DNA of 64,000 nucleotides from Vermamoeba vermiformis (lineage: Eukaryota). Shown here one piece after another: positions 52,901 to 64,000 of the stretch. A program made the position numbers and the translations under genes. The notes beneath the pieces are model-generated. The model saw only the letters and a list, made by a program, of their open reading frames with translations. It had not been told where the DNA came from and did no database searches. How positions within the stretch are numbered: the first letter of the stretch is position 1; each line of letters begins with the position of its first letter. The DNA lies in NCBI GenBank assembly GCA_045837725.1, contig JBEWZL010000084.1:124001-188000 (forward strand), written 5' to 3'.

Positions 52901-54531
52901 TTGCCTAATGTCTTCGTAAAATGTCTTGGCTTTATCGGGATTACTTTTCAGTGAAAAGCTAAACACACCATCAGGGCACAGATACCTATATTTCTATACA
53001 TGGGAATCGTATCAGTACATCGCTGTGTGAAAACTCCGAAAAAAAATAAATTCGAAGAATGATAAAATCAGCGTGCCAACGTGACGCGATGATAAATTTT
53101 CCTTATTTGGAATAATCACGATATTATCGATGCCGGAGTTATTATATTGCACGTCACTTACGCTTTCCATGTCCTCTTCTAAGGCCATTTGATAGCCCAG
53201 TACACCGAGGGACCAAATGTCAACTTTCTCGTCGTAATTGTGCTTCAAAAAGTGACTTTCAACGATCTCAGGGGCCATGTAGAACGGTGTGCCCCACATT
53301 GTTTGCGCACCTGCCTCGTTGTACCGCGCAATGCCAAAGTCACCCAGGACCGCATCTGAGTTGTCTCGTTGTTTCGATGTCAAGAATACGTTCTTAGGCC
53401 TACATAATAAATTGTTATAAGCGATCAAGTTTTGCAGTTTTGCATATTACGTCGTGATTTTTTTGGTTATTTTTTGCAGATCAGATCACGTACTTTATGT
53501 CTCTATGTAAGATACCGTGATGATGCAAGTGTTGCACTGCTAGCGTAATTTGATAAAGCCACTTCTTGCATTGCTATATAAACGAGATTAGTATTAAACA
53601 CGAAACTAGGTACGAACAGTAATGATTGACAATGACCGGATCCAAAAATGGAAGCGCGAACACAATCTAGACTATTAAAGCAGCCCGCTAATATTAAATA
53701 ACGTACCTCTTCAGGAATAGGCCTATCTATCGTACTCAAGTCACCTCCAGCATAATAATCCATAATAATTTCGCCGATCAGTTTGTTCGTAATGAAGTCT
53801 GAGCTCATTGAAACATCTTCTGCTCGCGCCAAGCAAGGGTGCCGAAAGTCTTCTTTAATTAATATAGCGAACTGCATTGAATTGATGTGTTAATCGATGT
53901 ATTGCTAGCCGAAAAAGATTCGCAATTAATTTGTTGCGGAAAACGACATCCAATCGTAGCGATTTGCTAAACAACGATTTTAGACGTTATTTGGATTCAA
54001 TTAAGTAAATTTGCGTAATTTTATAGGAAATTCGCGATCTATATTTACTACGATTGAAAGAAAAAACAATTCCATTTGAGATCTACTAACATAGCAATTT
54101 GTTTAAGGCTGAGTAAAACTGGAATTCTACTTACCTCAGTACGAACATTTCTAACGTCTTTTGCGTGTCCGAGACTAATAACTAATTTCTTATAGACCTT
54201 CTTGTTGCCGATCGGATCCTCGACTAAACAGGCAAGGCCTTGGCCACCGCGTCCAAATAATTTAATCACCTTCAAAAATATTAATAACAGTATTAGAGTG
54301 TATTAATAGGCTCGATTATGAAATTAAGCACTTTGATTTTCTTTTATTTTCCCTTGTTTTTTCAATCTGCGATAGTAGTTGATAAAAAGTTTAATTATCA
54401 TCGATTATATTGTATGCATATTAATAATAATTTAATGATCGAGAAATAAGCTCTATCGCGATTGGTTAAGCAAAAAAGAATTTCAGGATGTTGTCGAGTC
54501 CCCAAAACAAATCGCCTACCTTGTACTGCAT
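49931..54531 (-). CDS. Ser/Thr protein kinase (NEK-like) with C2-like domain and long P/Q/N/S-rich tail
   Basis: MQYK|VIKLFGRGGQG, IIMDYYAGGDL, HRDIK|PKN, DFG, GTPFYMAPE, DIWSLG, RPSADEIL; beta-rich C2-like exon 52083-52345. Confidence 0.85.
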
Positions 54532-54992
54532 GTTCTTAAATGTTATAACACTTCCTACTTGAATAGGCACATTCGATGGTTGCCTAATTGTGCAAATTAA
54601 TCGAGGACATTTGCTCCTAAATCCCGAATTCGACTTACGACATCCTCTTTTCTCTGATTATTCTGTTAATATTCTATATATACTCGAGTTAATTCATTAT
54701 TATCATATTCAAACGTTGATGTTGTAAATACACAGGAATACTGAAAAAAATGAGCGATTGATTTTTTTCCATTGTTGTTTCAGTTCAAAAAGCGCAACAC
54801 GATCCTATTTATCATTAAATACAACACAACATGAATAATAGTAGCCAACAAAAATAAGTTTTTGCTTGTGATCAGAAAGGTCGCAGATGCAGGCGAACAG
54901 AAATTTAATAATTATTATACAATCGATGCAAATATTATTATGCCCTTTTTTGATAATATTATTTGCACGATCAAAATTTAGTAAACCAACTT
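54369..54992. repeat. Direct repeat copy 1 (kinase/NOP53 bidirectional promoter; keeps kinase exon 1, NOP53 exon 1 mostly deleted)
   Basis: 54584-54841 nearly identical to 57738-57995; flanks also align. Confidence 0.95.
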
Positions 54993-55235
54993 ATCTACTT
55001 AACTAGATTGCGTACTATCAATAATCTTTACGATAACACATCAAGCTCGTCTAAACCGAAGCATAAGCGACCTTGCCGTTCTCAATCTTATCGACGCTGC
55101 GCATCATCGATGTGCCGCCCTTGATACCTTCCATGGCACCAGACGTCACGACAATGTCAAAGTTATACTATTTTGATTAATGAACACCACCGTTTATGAT
55201 TATATTAACATGCTTATTGGCAAACATAGTTTAGT

Positions 55236-55888
55236 CTAAAGAGCGAGGTGGATCACCGCCCAAGAAATGGCAACCAAAGTGGCGAATTCAGCGTTGCTTG
55301 ATGCAGACGATACAACACTTTGTTTAGTAGTAGGAGGGCAAGTGACTGGAGTGAATTGAGGAGAGCCGGTATAGTCCGACGGCATCAGAACTTGAGTGCG
55401 TTGACCAGTGAAGGCAGGAAGGATGAAGAAACTTACCAAAACTTCTGAAGGCGAATAATTTTGTAGCGTTACCGTAGTATTGGTACCTTTAATATTAATG
55501 AGTTTCGTTAATTACTATGATACCAGAGTGTCATCTTACTTCTCTGCAAAATCACTGCTCCGTTGCTGGACGACGAAATGGAAAAATCTCCTTCTGAAGC
55601 AACAGTACCCCAGGATGGCAATGCGGAGGCGTCTAAGGAGTCTTCGTTGTCAGAGAAGTCTGCAATCCATACAGCTTGATTAGAGCCAAGCACAACTCGA
55701 TCTGATCCACGTCCTGCGTAGATTTGGACTGTGTTTCCATTACCAGTGATGAACACGTCATCACATTCTGTGCCTTCTAAAAAAGCCGGACTTGAGGTGG
55801 CAGTCAATATTGAACCTTGACATTGGTAGGAAGAAGCAACGAAACAAGCAAAAATCAAAAATAATTGAATAGTCAAATACGAAGCCAT
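55236..55888 (-). CDS. 199-aa secreted, probably GPI-anchored protein with RTX/haemolysin-type Ca-binding and T1SS-tail-like domain (2 exons; intron 55487-55539)
   Basis: Signal peptide; LEGTECDDVF..IYAGRGSDRVVL..IADFSDNEDSLDAS..VTLQNYSPSEV..FIL; SSA + hydrophobic C-terminus; exons sum to 600 nt. Confidence 0.75.
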
Positions 55889-56141
55889 TTTATGTATTCG
55901 ATGGTATTGTAGTACTTGACAATGATAGAGGTGATTAGTAAGGCAAATTAAAAAAAGGGAACTAATTTCTCGTTCCGGAACTGTGAGCTCCGTCGGACGT
56001 TTAGCCTTTTTGAGTAGCGGAAACGGATCGCAAACCCCCGTTAGTGGCACGTTCTAGAATGTTTGCAAATATTTCGGGCACTGTTAAATAGATTTAAATC
56101 TGGTTTTGATTCATTAATCATAACTTTTTTGAAGACTCCAC

Positions 56142-57624
56142 ATGACTCATTTCGTAATAACTTTGCTAGCTTGCGTTGCCTTATGGCAAACGATTGCTGC
56201 GCTTGAAGTTCAACCGGCTCCTGCTTCTATCGGCGCGGATGTACCTGCAACTTACTTCGGTCCTCCACCCTCTTCCGTTCAGAAAGAATTGATCGGTCCC
56301 TATCAGCTGCTTAAGTCCGGTACCGTAGACACGGAGCAAGGTAATGTCCAACATCCAAAACCAAAAAATAAATTATTAACGGTATAGCACAGGCACCGTT
56401 ACGCTGCCAATGTATCGCGGTGCACTCGAAAGCGATCCTACCTACTCCATTTGGTACGTCGTGACAGACACTTCAGACAAAGAAAATGCAGCTGCCCTTG
56501 GTATCAACTTTTCTGGCAAATTGAAGTTCGCCGCTGTCGGTCGAGGAGCACGCACTGCACGACTCGCCGCCGATTTCTCGTTGTCGTTCAGCAGTGGAAA
56601 AGTCGATTTCAGTACGTTAGTTAGAAGATGATGGGATTTGTTTTTTCTTACCTGCTGTAATCTCGTAGGCCCTGTTCACTCTCTTACTGCTGGTACCGCT
56701 CCGAACTATTTCCCTCCTTCCGCTTATCAACCCGGATCAGTCGGAGATGCTGACTACTCTCCTCTCGTTCGTCTTCGTAACGTCGAGGGAACGATTTGGA
56801 ATGCTCCTACTATTGCAGGCAACGTCACTGCAGAGCAATTATCTGCCTATTGCACTAATGACGTCGATGCTACTGGCCGTACTTTCATTCACGACAAGGT
56901 TGTGCGCATCTGTCCGAACGCAGAGGGGCAAGGTGGCACAGTTACTCTTTCTCTCACTCAAGGATTTAGCTTTGCTCGTCCTGTGTTATACTTGAGCTTG
57001 GACGCAAGTCATGAGCTACCAGCAACCCTTGAACAAGTAACTGTGGCTCCTGGACTTCAAGACTTAACAGTCGGAGGCGATGACGGCTTGTTTTCTCCTG
57101 TAGAACGAATCTTCTCCGTGATTAACGGATATACCAACGCAGACATCAATCCAAGCGGAGGAAGTGGTCCTAATGAGACTAACCACCCCTCTCGTTCAGG
57201 CCTAAACAGGTAAGTTCAATATTCACCACGTTGAATCCGATCTAACATTCATCTTAGCGCTATTCGTGGTGACGGAGGACCATTGAACGTGTTGGGAGGT
57301 ATTCCGACCATCGCTACTGACTACAGGTAAGAATAAACGCTACAAAATTTTAGTAACAATTCTTACCAAAATTAAATTTCTAGCCCTTTGTGGGATCTGA
57401 ACGTCGGTGAATGGACACAGTACGCCGTTAATAATGGTTACCGTGTTCGGTGGTTGGAAGAGTTCCAAATCCTCGGCTTCGCTCTCCGAGGTTTCGTAAC
57501 TGGTCCTGGAGGTCAACCATTTGGCTCATCTGGCTTCATTGTTAACTGCCCTATTGGTAAATAATAATATAACTTGTTAAATACGTATCTAATGAATCTT
57601 CATTTAGTCCAACGATTTTTGTAA
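56142..57624 (+). CDS. Secreted uncharacterised protein of a bacterial-type family (YSPLW..VNCP C-terminus), 6 exons
   Basis: Signal peptide; PAPASIGADVPATYFGPPPS, WYVVTDTSD, GSVGDADYSPLV, GFSFARPVLYLS, PLNVLGGIPTIATDYSPLWD, GFIVNCPIV; introns splice in frame. Confidence 0.85.
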
Positions 57625-57666
57625 AGCCTGTAAAAATCGAAGTTTTTTACTTGCACAGAAAATAAA

Positions 57667-58307
57667 GCGATAGAAGTTTAATTATCGTCGACTACATTGT
57701 ATATATATTAAAAATAATTTAATGAGAGAAATGAGCTCTAATTGTGCAAATTAATCGAGGACATTTGATCCAAATCCCAAATTCGACTTACGACATCCTC
57801 TTTTCTCTGATTATTCTGCTAATATTCTATATATACTTGAGTTAATTCATTATTATCATATTCAAACGTTGATGTTGTAAATACACAGGAATACTGAAAA
57901 AAATGAGCAATTGATTTTTTTTCCATTGTTGTTTCAGTTCAAAAAGCGCAACACGATCCTATTTATCATTAAATACAACACAACATGAATAATAGAACCA
58001 CGAAGAGAGCTTTAACGAAGAACAAGAAGTGGAGAAAGATCGATAATGAATCCATCGATCGGATGACCATTGAAAAGACCCAAGAAGTCCTTGAAGGCGA
58101 TGTTACTATGAAATCAGACGATCAACTGTTCGTTATTGATACAGTAGTCAACAAAAGTAAGTTTTTGCTCGTGATCAGAAAAACCGCATCGTAGATCGCA
58201 GATGCAGGTGAACAGAAATTTAATCTAATTATTACACAATCGATGCAAATATTATTATAATCGTTTATGATTATATTTATCACGATCAAAATTTAGTAAA
58301 CCAACTT
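57667..58307. repeat. Direct repeat copy 2 (keeps NOP53 exon 1, kinase exon 1 deleted)
   Basis: Aligns to 54369-54992. Confidence 0.95.
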
Positions 58308-60244
58308 CTGAATCAGATCGCACCAAATTTTTATTCTCGTTAACGACCCTTAACTTGGCAATATTACACGCGCAAAATTCATAATATTCGTGTGCAAATT
58401 AAGTACCAGTTTACCTTTGATTCTTCGTTGACAGATCGTGATCGACGAATCCAACGAGTCGTTACGAACCTTGTATTAATCTGTTATTATACAGAACCTT
58501 CATTGACAAACAAAAAAGACAAATGGCAAAGCCATCAGCTCTCTTGGGAGAAGCGTATTCAACCTAACGAAAACACAGTTGTAAGTGATCAGATCTACCT
58601 TTTGCGGCGCTAGCACGAGGGCAATATTATCGTATTCTAATATTCATTTCATATTTAGGGTCTTAAACGAGCAACACCGCCAGATCTTCAACGAAGAAAG
58701 CAACAAAAAGTTAAAGAAATCAAGAAAAAAGTTGAATTACAACAGAAAAAACCCAAAGCACCAGGTAAATACTAAAACAATATTATTAACACGAGGGTAT
58801 CTATTTATTCCCAAATATTAACACTTCTATCAGCCGAGCCTATCGCCTATGATACAAAGGGCAATCCATTGCAAGTACCTAGCGATCAGAACGGTCTGTT
58901 TGATATTTGGGACACCGCCGATGACAGACAAGTCGCCGTGCAAAAATTAAAACGAAAAAATCCTTCTGGCAATACCGAGTACTTGGAACCTGTCGTAAGT
59001 GCGATCTAAAAATACTCCTTCCGTTTATCATAGCGCATTCTGGTCATAATATTACCGCATGCAATGTATTATAATATATAACCATAATTATCATGTTACT
59101 CGCGAGATCTGGATAAATATTGATTACAATCTTTTTTTTCATTACAGCTCTTGCCTCCTCCTTCAAAGAAGCGTAAAATCGAAGCACCTAGCAAGCTGCC
59201 AGCTGTCGAGACTGGTCCTGGTGGTGCATCGTACAGACCTGTCTACGAAGATCATCAAGAATTGTTAGGTACGTTACTCCATCCGGGATGAAACCAACAG
59301 CAATTCAAACGATTGGATTTATTACTTATATCGTTAAGACATTACATGAATGCACTATTTGCTAAAGTTCCATTTTTTTCGCAGCTGAGGCCGTCGCTGA
59401 AGTTATTAAACAACGCGAGGAAGAAAAACGTGTGAACAACATTTTGAAGAGCAAACAAAAGGTAGGCTAGCTTTTATACTCGGTATAATATTATGTACTA
59501 ATATTGCTATGCCTTTAGTATCGTAAGAGCGAAATTTGGGTAGATGGCGAACGAGATGTTGAAGAGGAAGAAGCACAAGAAGTTGAAGAAAATGGAGAAG
59601 AATCGAAGGAACATGTTGCCCAACCATTCGTTGAACGTAAGAGCAGAGCAGAGCGAAATAAGGAGATGCGCAAGAAGGAATTGAAAAAGATCCAGATTCG
59701 CAAAGAAGAGTTGGAAAAACAACGCAAAGAGTTTGAAGAGTTGCCTAAAATTTTGGATGAAATTAAGGAACAAGAAGAATCAAGAAAGGAGCGCGAGAAG
59801 TATAAGGCTAAAATTAAGGAGAACGCTGATTTTAAGACTAAGAAATTGGGTCCTATTCCGTAAGTACCATTAGATCCGCTTTAAATTTTAGAAAGATGGC
59901 TCTTCTATCACTATCATAATACCACAACTACTTACCAGTTGTCTAATTGTTTTGACACAGATTCGTTGCGGATCCAACTCCAGTTGTTTTGACCGAAGAG
60001 TTGCCAAGCAAGCTGCGTCAAGTTCAGCCTAAAGTTGATTTATTACGCGATCGATATTTGAGCTTGCAAAAGAGAAATATTATCGAGCCTCGTATTAAGC
60101 GATTGTAAGTACACGATAACCGCGAAAAACAGATCTAAAGCTGAATGTGCGATTTTCTGAAGATCATTGTCTAATATTCCTATCTATAGCAAAAATCGTC
60201 GTTATCCCGTTCAGATTGTCGAGAAGTGGTCTGCAAACAAATAA
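57985..60244 (+). CDS. NOP53: Ribosome biogenesis protein NOP53 (GLTSCR2/PICT1)
   Basis: KKWRKID, AIM motif LFVID, GASYRPVYEDHQELL, LTEELPSKLRQV, LLRDRYLSLQKRNIIEPR. Confidence 0.92.
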
Positions 60245-60520
60245 GCGGATGTCGAAAAAACAATAAAATTATGCGATTAAACAATTCACTATCGACACTA
60301 CTTTAGCTCGCGCGAGGTCTGTGTCATCAATTAATACTGTATTGTTCACCTTCTGATTACAGTTGGTCCAAATATGGCAATTATTATTCCGGAGTGGATC
60401 CCTCGCGCGACTTTACCTATTTGAGCGTTGTTTTCGGTTCAAATTCACAACAAAGATTTGAGCATAAACCAAACTCATCGTAAGGAGCAACACGCAGCTG
60501 GTCGGAGTTTATCAGATCAG

Positions 60521-61767
60521 ATGCAGAAAGAGGAGAAACGACCTGAAATAGGGCTGCAACGACAGCTCTCAGATCTCAGCATTTCGCTGAGTAGCACCGA
60601 TAAATCTGGAGTGAGCACAAATCGAACTGAATATGAGGAAGGTTATCAGCTGCCTGAAGAGATTGCCGAACGAGAGTTGAAGGATTTGGAAGGAAACGTT
60701 ACAACATTCGGTAAATTGGTGGAAAATAGAAAGATTGTATTTGCCCTATTGAGACACTTTGGGTGGTAAGCAATCAAGTCATTTTGACGCATAAATTTAT
60801 AATTTAATTTTTCGATCTCATCACTAAACAATTCTAATTTAATTTTAGAATGTTGTGCCACAAGTCAGCATCGGAACTGACTCAAATCAAGCCGGTATTA
60901 GACCAATTGTAAGTAACAACAAAAGTTTTTTCCATCCGTACAAAACACTCAAGCTTTTTTTAGAGGGGTGAGATTGGTCGCAATTGGTAGTGGTACGCCA
61001 GCAATGGCAAAGAACTTCGTCGATGAATTTAGATTCGGCGGTAAGTCCTCACGTAAATCACGGAGATTTATCTTAAAATTGAAATTGTCCGACAATGTGC
61101 TAACGGATTAATCCCAGGCGAGATTTACACCGATGAAAGTAGAAAAATTTACAACGATTTTCAATGTAAACGAGGATGGAGCAAAGCGTTGTTCAATATG
61201 AAAACTTTGAAATTTGTCAAATCCGCTTTTAGCGAAGGTTACGCGCAAGGCAAAACTCAAGGAGATATGACGTAAGTGCTTTTAAAATCCCTTATTATAC
61301 GTCAATAATACTTACGATGTATTAGACAACTCGGTGGCACTTTCGTTCTGGATGGGATGCGCGTGGTTTTCGAGTACTTGGAGAAGTTTGCTGGCGATCA
61401 CGTGAGCCCAGGCACATTGCTTGAGTATCTCGGCGCCACGGACGAGATGTACGCTAGCTTGAAGCTGGAAACACCAAAGGCCAAGAAGAAAATTGCCAAA
61501 CTGGACGACAAGATCAACAAGCTAAAATCGGTCATCAAATTATTGAGCACTGATAGCAATGCGAGTGTTACGGATAGTCTTACTGAAGAAGAGAATGCCC
61601 CAAGAGCCAATAACACCGAGAAAGACGGAAAGTTGTCTGCCTACAAAAAGACCAAGTTAGATCGCTACAAAAGACGACTTGATATTTACTTACAAAAGCG
61701 CGAAGAGGTCATGAAGAAGAGTCAAGCTGCTGTCCTCGGCCTTAATAACAATAATAACAACAAATAA
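60521..61767 (+). CDS. Selenoprotein, AhpC-TSA_2/PRXL2 (SelenoU/AAED1-like) thioredoxin fold with RHFG-U-ML-C and C-terminal coiled coil
   Basis: Splicing 60766-60848 gives TG|A at the first redox Cys position; downstream exons in frame (GVRLVAIGSG, EIYTD..RKIY, QGDMTQLGGTFV, AGDH); SECIS in 3' UTR. Confidence 0.88.
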
Positions 61768-61909
61768 CATCCTCATGTAATATATAATAGTAGAGGAATT
61801 TGCGAGAATCGGATGTTGGGGAGTCATACCAAAAAAGGCAAGTGTTCTCACTATCATCACCCCACTACCAAATCGAGACATTTGCCGTTTTTGCGTGACT
61901 CTTAACGAT

Positions 61910-62013
61910 GGCTTTGACTTCTTTTCGGTGCGTGACATCTCACGGAACAACTCTCGAATAACTTCGGCAAAGAGCTCCGTAGAGATTGATTTTTTCGAAA
62001 AGATTTCAAAGCC
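61910..62013 (+). promoter_or_regulatory. Eukaryotic SECIS element (type II-like)
   Basis: Helix I GGCTTTGA..TCTTTTCGG / TCGAAAAGA..TCAAAGCC; core GTGAC (61932) / TGAT (61987); helix II ATCTC-ACGG / CCGT-A-GAGAT; unpaired AA at 61946; apical mini-stem CTCT/AGAG. Confidence 0.85.
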
Positions 62014-62109
62014 GCGTACTGACACGATTATTTGTAATAAACTCCTAATTTCGCTTTGAATTTGAGAGTGATTTAATATGAAATTACAAAAACAACGTTC
62101 GCGAGTACC

Positions 62110-64000
62110 TTATTCACATCGAACAACTTGATACATGTTAGTCTCTCGTGAAGAGTCAGCATCGATTCCTAAATACAAATGTTATTATAAGGACGGCAAG
62201 TACTCGAATAGCACAGCTTAGCTTACCGGAAATAGCAATTACATATTCACCATCAGCGACCAAATGAGCTTCCTTAGCCTTCTTAATGGCGGCTTGAACA
62301 ATGGGCAAAACATCACCAGTCTGCATTCAATGGCACGTTAGCTCAGTTCTCAGCGTTGGTTTACAGATATTGATACTTACAGGGATGCTGTCAGTCAAGT
62401 AAGGTACGGCACCACGTGACAACAAAACTTGACGAGCGACTTGAGGGTTGGAAGTGACGCAGTAAATAGGAGTGTGAGGTCTGTACTTGGAAACAAATCG
62501 CAAAGCATCACCGTTCTCCGAGAGCACAATGATGAAAGTGGCGTCAAGATCCCACGCGGTCTTGACAGCACTGCTCGTGACTGACTCTGCAAGTGTAACG
62601 TGTTCGGGCTCTTCGTACAACATGTAGTCACGAATAGCAGCGTAGAGTTCTCTGTACTTGATCAGCTTAGTTTCAACTTCGTAGCACTGTTGACGCAGAA
62701 CTTTGATGCTCTTGACAGGGTAAGCACCTATCAATGGATATTAACCTCTGTTCTATGGCATTATATACCCTCAAATATGACTTACAGTTAGGCTGGCCAG
62801 TAGTGTTAGTCAAAATAATAGTATCAGCGCCTTCGAAAACGGCGTTAGCAATGTCAGTGCACTCGGCACGAGTGGGACGAGGGTTCTTTTCCATTGAGTT
62901 CAAAATTTGGTTAGCAACGAGGACGGGTTTGCCAGCCAAGTTGCATTTTCGAATCAAAGTTTTTTGCACGTAAGCGACCTGTGCACGGGTCAGATCGAGA
63001 TCAAAAAAGCGGAGAAGAGACACGTACCTTTTCAACAGGGATTTCGTTAGCAATTGATGAACGAGAGATCTGAACACCATCGGCAACAGCCAAAAGATTG
63101 TCAAAGTTGTCAATAGCTTCTTTGTTTTGAACCTTGGCGTAAATTTTGATACCACACTCGGCGACTCCAGGAAGAGCTCTATGAGGCAAGAGTAAGAATT
63201 TGAGTAGCATATAATAATATCATGTAATAGGTCCTTAGTAGTATTGACTTACCTAATCTCTTCAATATCAGCTGCCTTGGCGGCGTAACTGACAGTGATG
63301 AAGTCGAGACCGTGAGTGACTGCGAAATCAACGTCAAGTGTATCTTGGTAGGTCAAGAACGGGTTGTCCAAGTTAGATCTCATGCCGTGCACGGTGGCTG
63401 AATTGAAATTAAGCGTTAATAAAGCAGTCAAGACGAATTCAGACCCAGATCGATCCCGCGCCGGTTAATCAAAATCAAGAAAACTCGTTATTATAACGCT
63501 TACCAATTTTGTTTTCGCCCAAAGTAGCATCATTATCGACTGTAGTAATAATAGCTTTGTCTTTCACTTCTACAACAGTAAAGCTAATCAAACCATAATC
63601 AACGTAAATTTTCTCGCCAGGCTGAAAAATACCGTTAGTGGCTTGGAGAATAACAAAAAAATACAAATTATACGTATAATTGTAAGCAAGGAATAATGGT
63701 GCATAAATTATAAACCTGAAGATTTTTCTAAAAAATTTGGAAATTTTTTCTGGCATACCTTGACAAGCTTGGGCAAGTTCCAATATTTAATTGAGACTCC
63801 ATTTTCATCTCCTCGAATGAAGTTGACGTAAAATGTAAATCTCTGGCCAGCATTCAATCGGACAGACTTGACGCCCTCCTTAAAACCTCCAGTGCGGATT
63901 TCAGGACCTTTCAAGTCAGCTAAAATGCCGCAAATTCGGCCAGTCTCTTTGCTGACCTCTCTGATTTTTTGTACAACCTCGGCGTGGAACTAGATGCATA
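62110..64000 (-). CDS. pyk: Pyruvate-kinase-family protein, 5'-truncated, with degenerate catalytic motifs
   Basis: DLKGPEIRTG, IYVDYG, EIPVEKV..QK..I.KCNLAGKPV, NPRPTRAECTDIANAV, SKYRP, RQVLLSRG. Confidence 0.85.

Noticed and set aside
1-64000. tRNA, rRNA, CRISPR arrays or prokaryotic operons
   Set aside because: None recognisable; spliceosomal introns throughout, including in the bacterial-like genes, argue against contamination

Overview
Gene-dense, intron-rich (short GT-AG introns) eukaryotic DNA, most likely from an amoebozoan: it carries a clear homologue of the Dictyostelium Skp1 glycosyltransferase PgtA and a Src1/MAN1-type nuclear envelope protein. About 25 protein-coding genes were assembled by eye across introns. 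Housekeeping genes are a mitochondrial carrier, DDX24, a DMT transporter, JMJD4, condensin NCAPG, pgtA, Src1, a SIZ/PIAS E3, eIF4G, STE24, an F-box/LRR protein, a Ser/Thr kinase, NOP53 and a pyruvate-kinase-like gene. Main observations beyond the ORF track: (1) a hidden selenoprotein (AhpC-TSA_2/PRXL2 fold, UxxC) whose UGA codon is split by an intron, with a well-formed SECIS and a second long hairpin in its 3' UTR; (2) a two-gene cassette of bacterial-looking secreted proteins between two ~620 bp direct repeats of a bidirectional promoter that have reciprocally lost the kinase and NOP53 first exons; (3) a sharply bounded ~4 kb CpG-depleted island over a degenerate F-box-SNF2 gene and a SAM-NTPase-nuclease (Crinkler-type) gene; (4) a bacterial-type beta-propeller protein with an inserted VWA domain; (5) two 44-49 aa microprotein ORFs ending in VF; (6) a catalytically degenerate pyruvate kinase domain. 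All homology calls come from motif recognition and recall, not database searches, and exon boundaries are manual.
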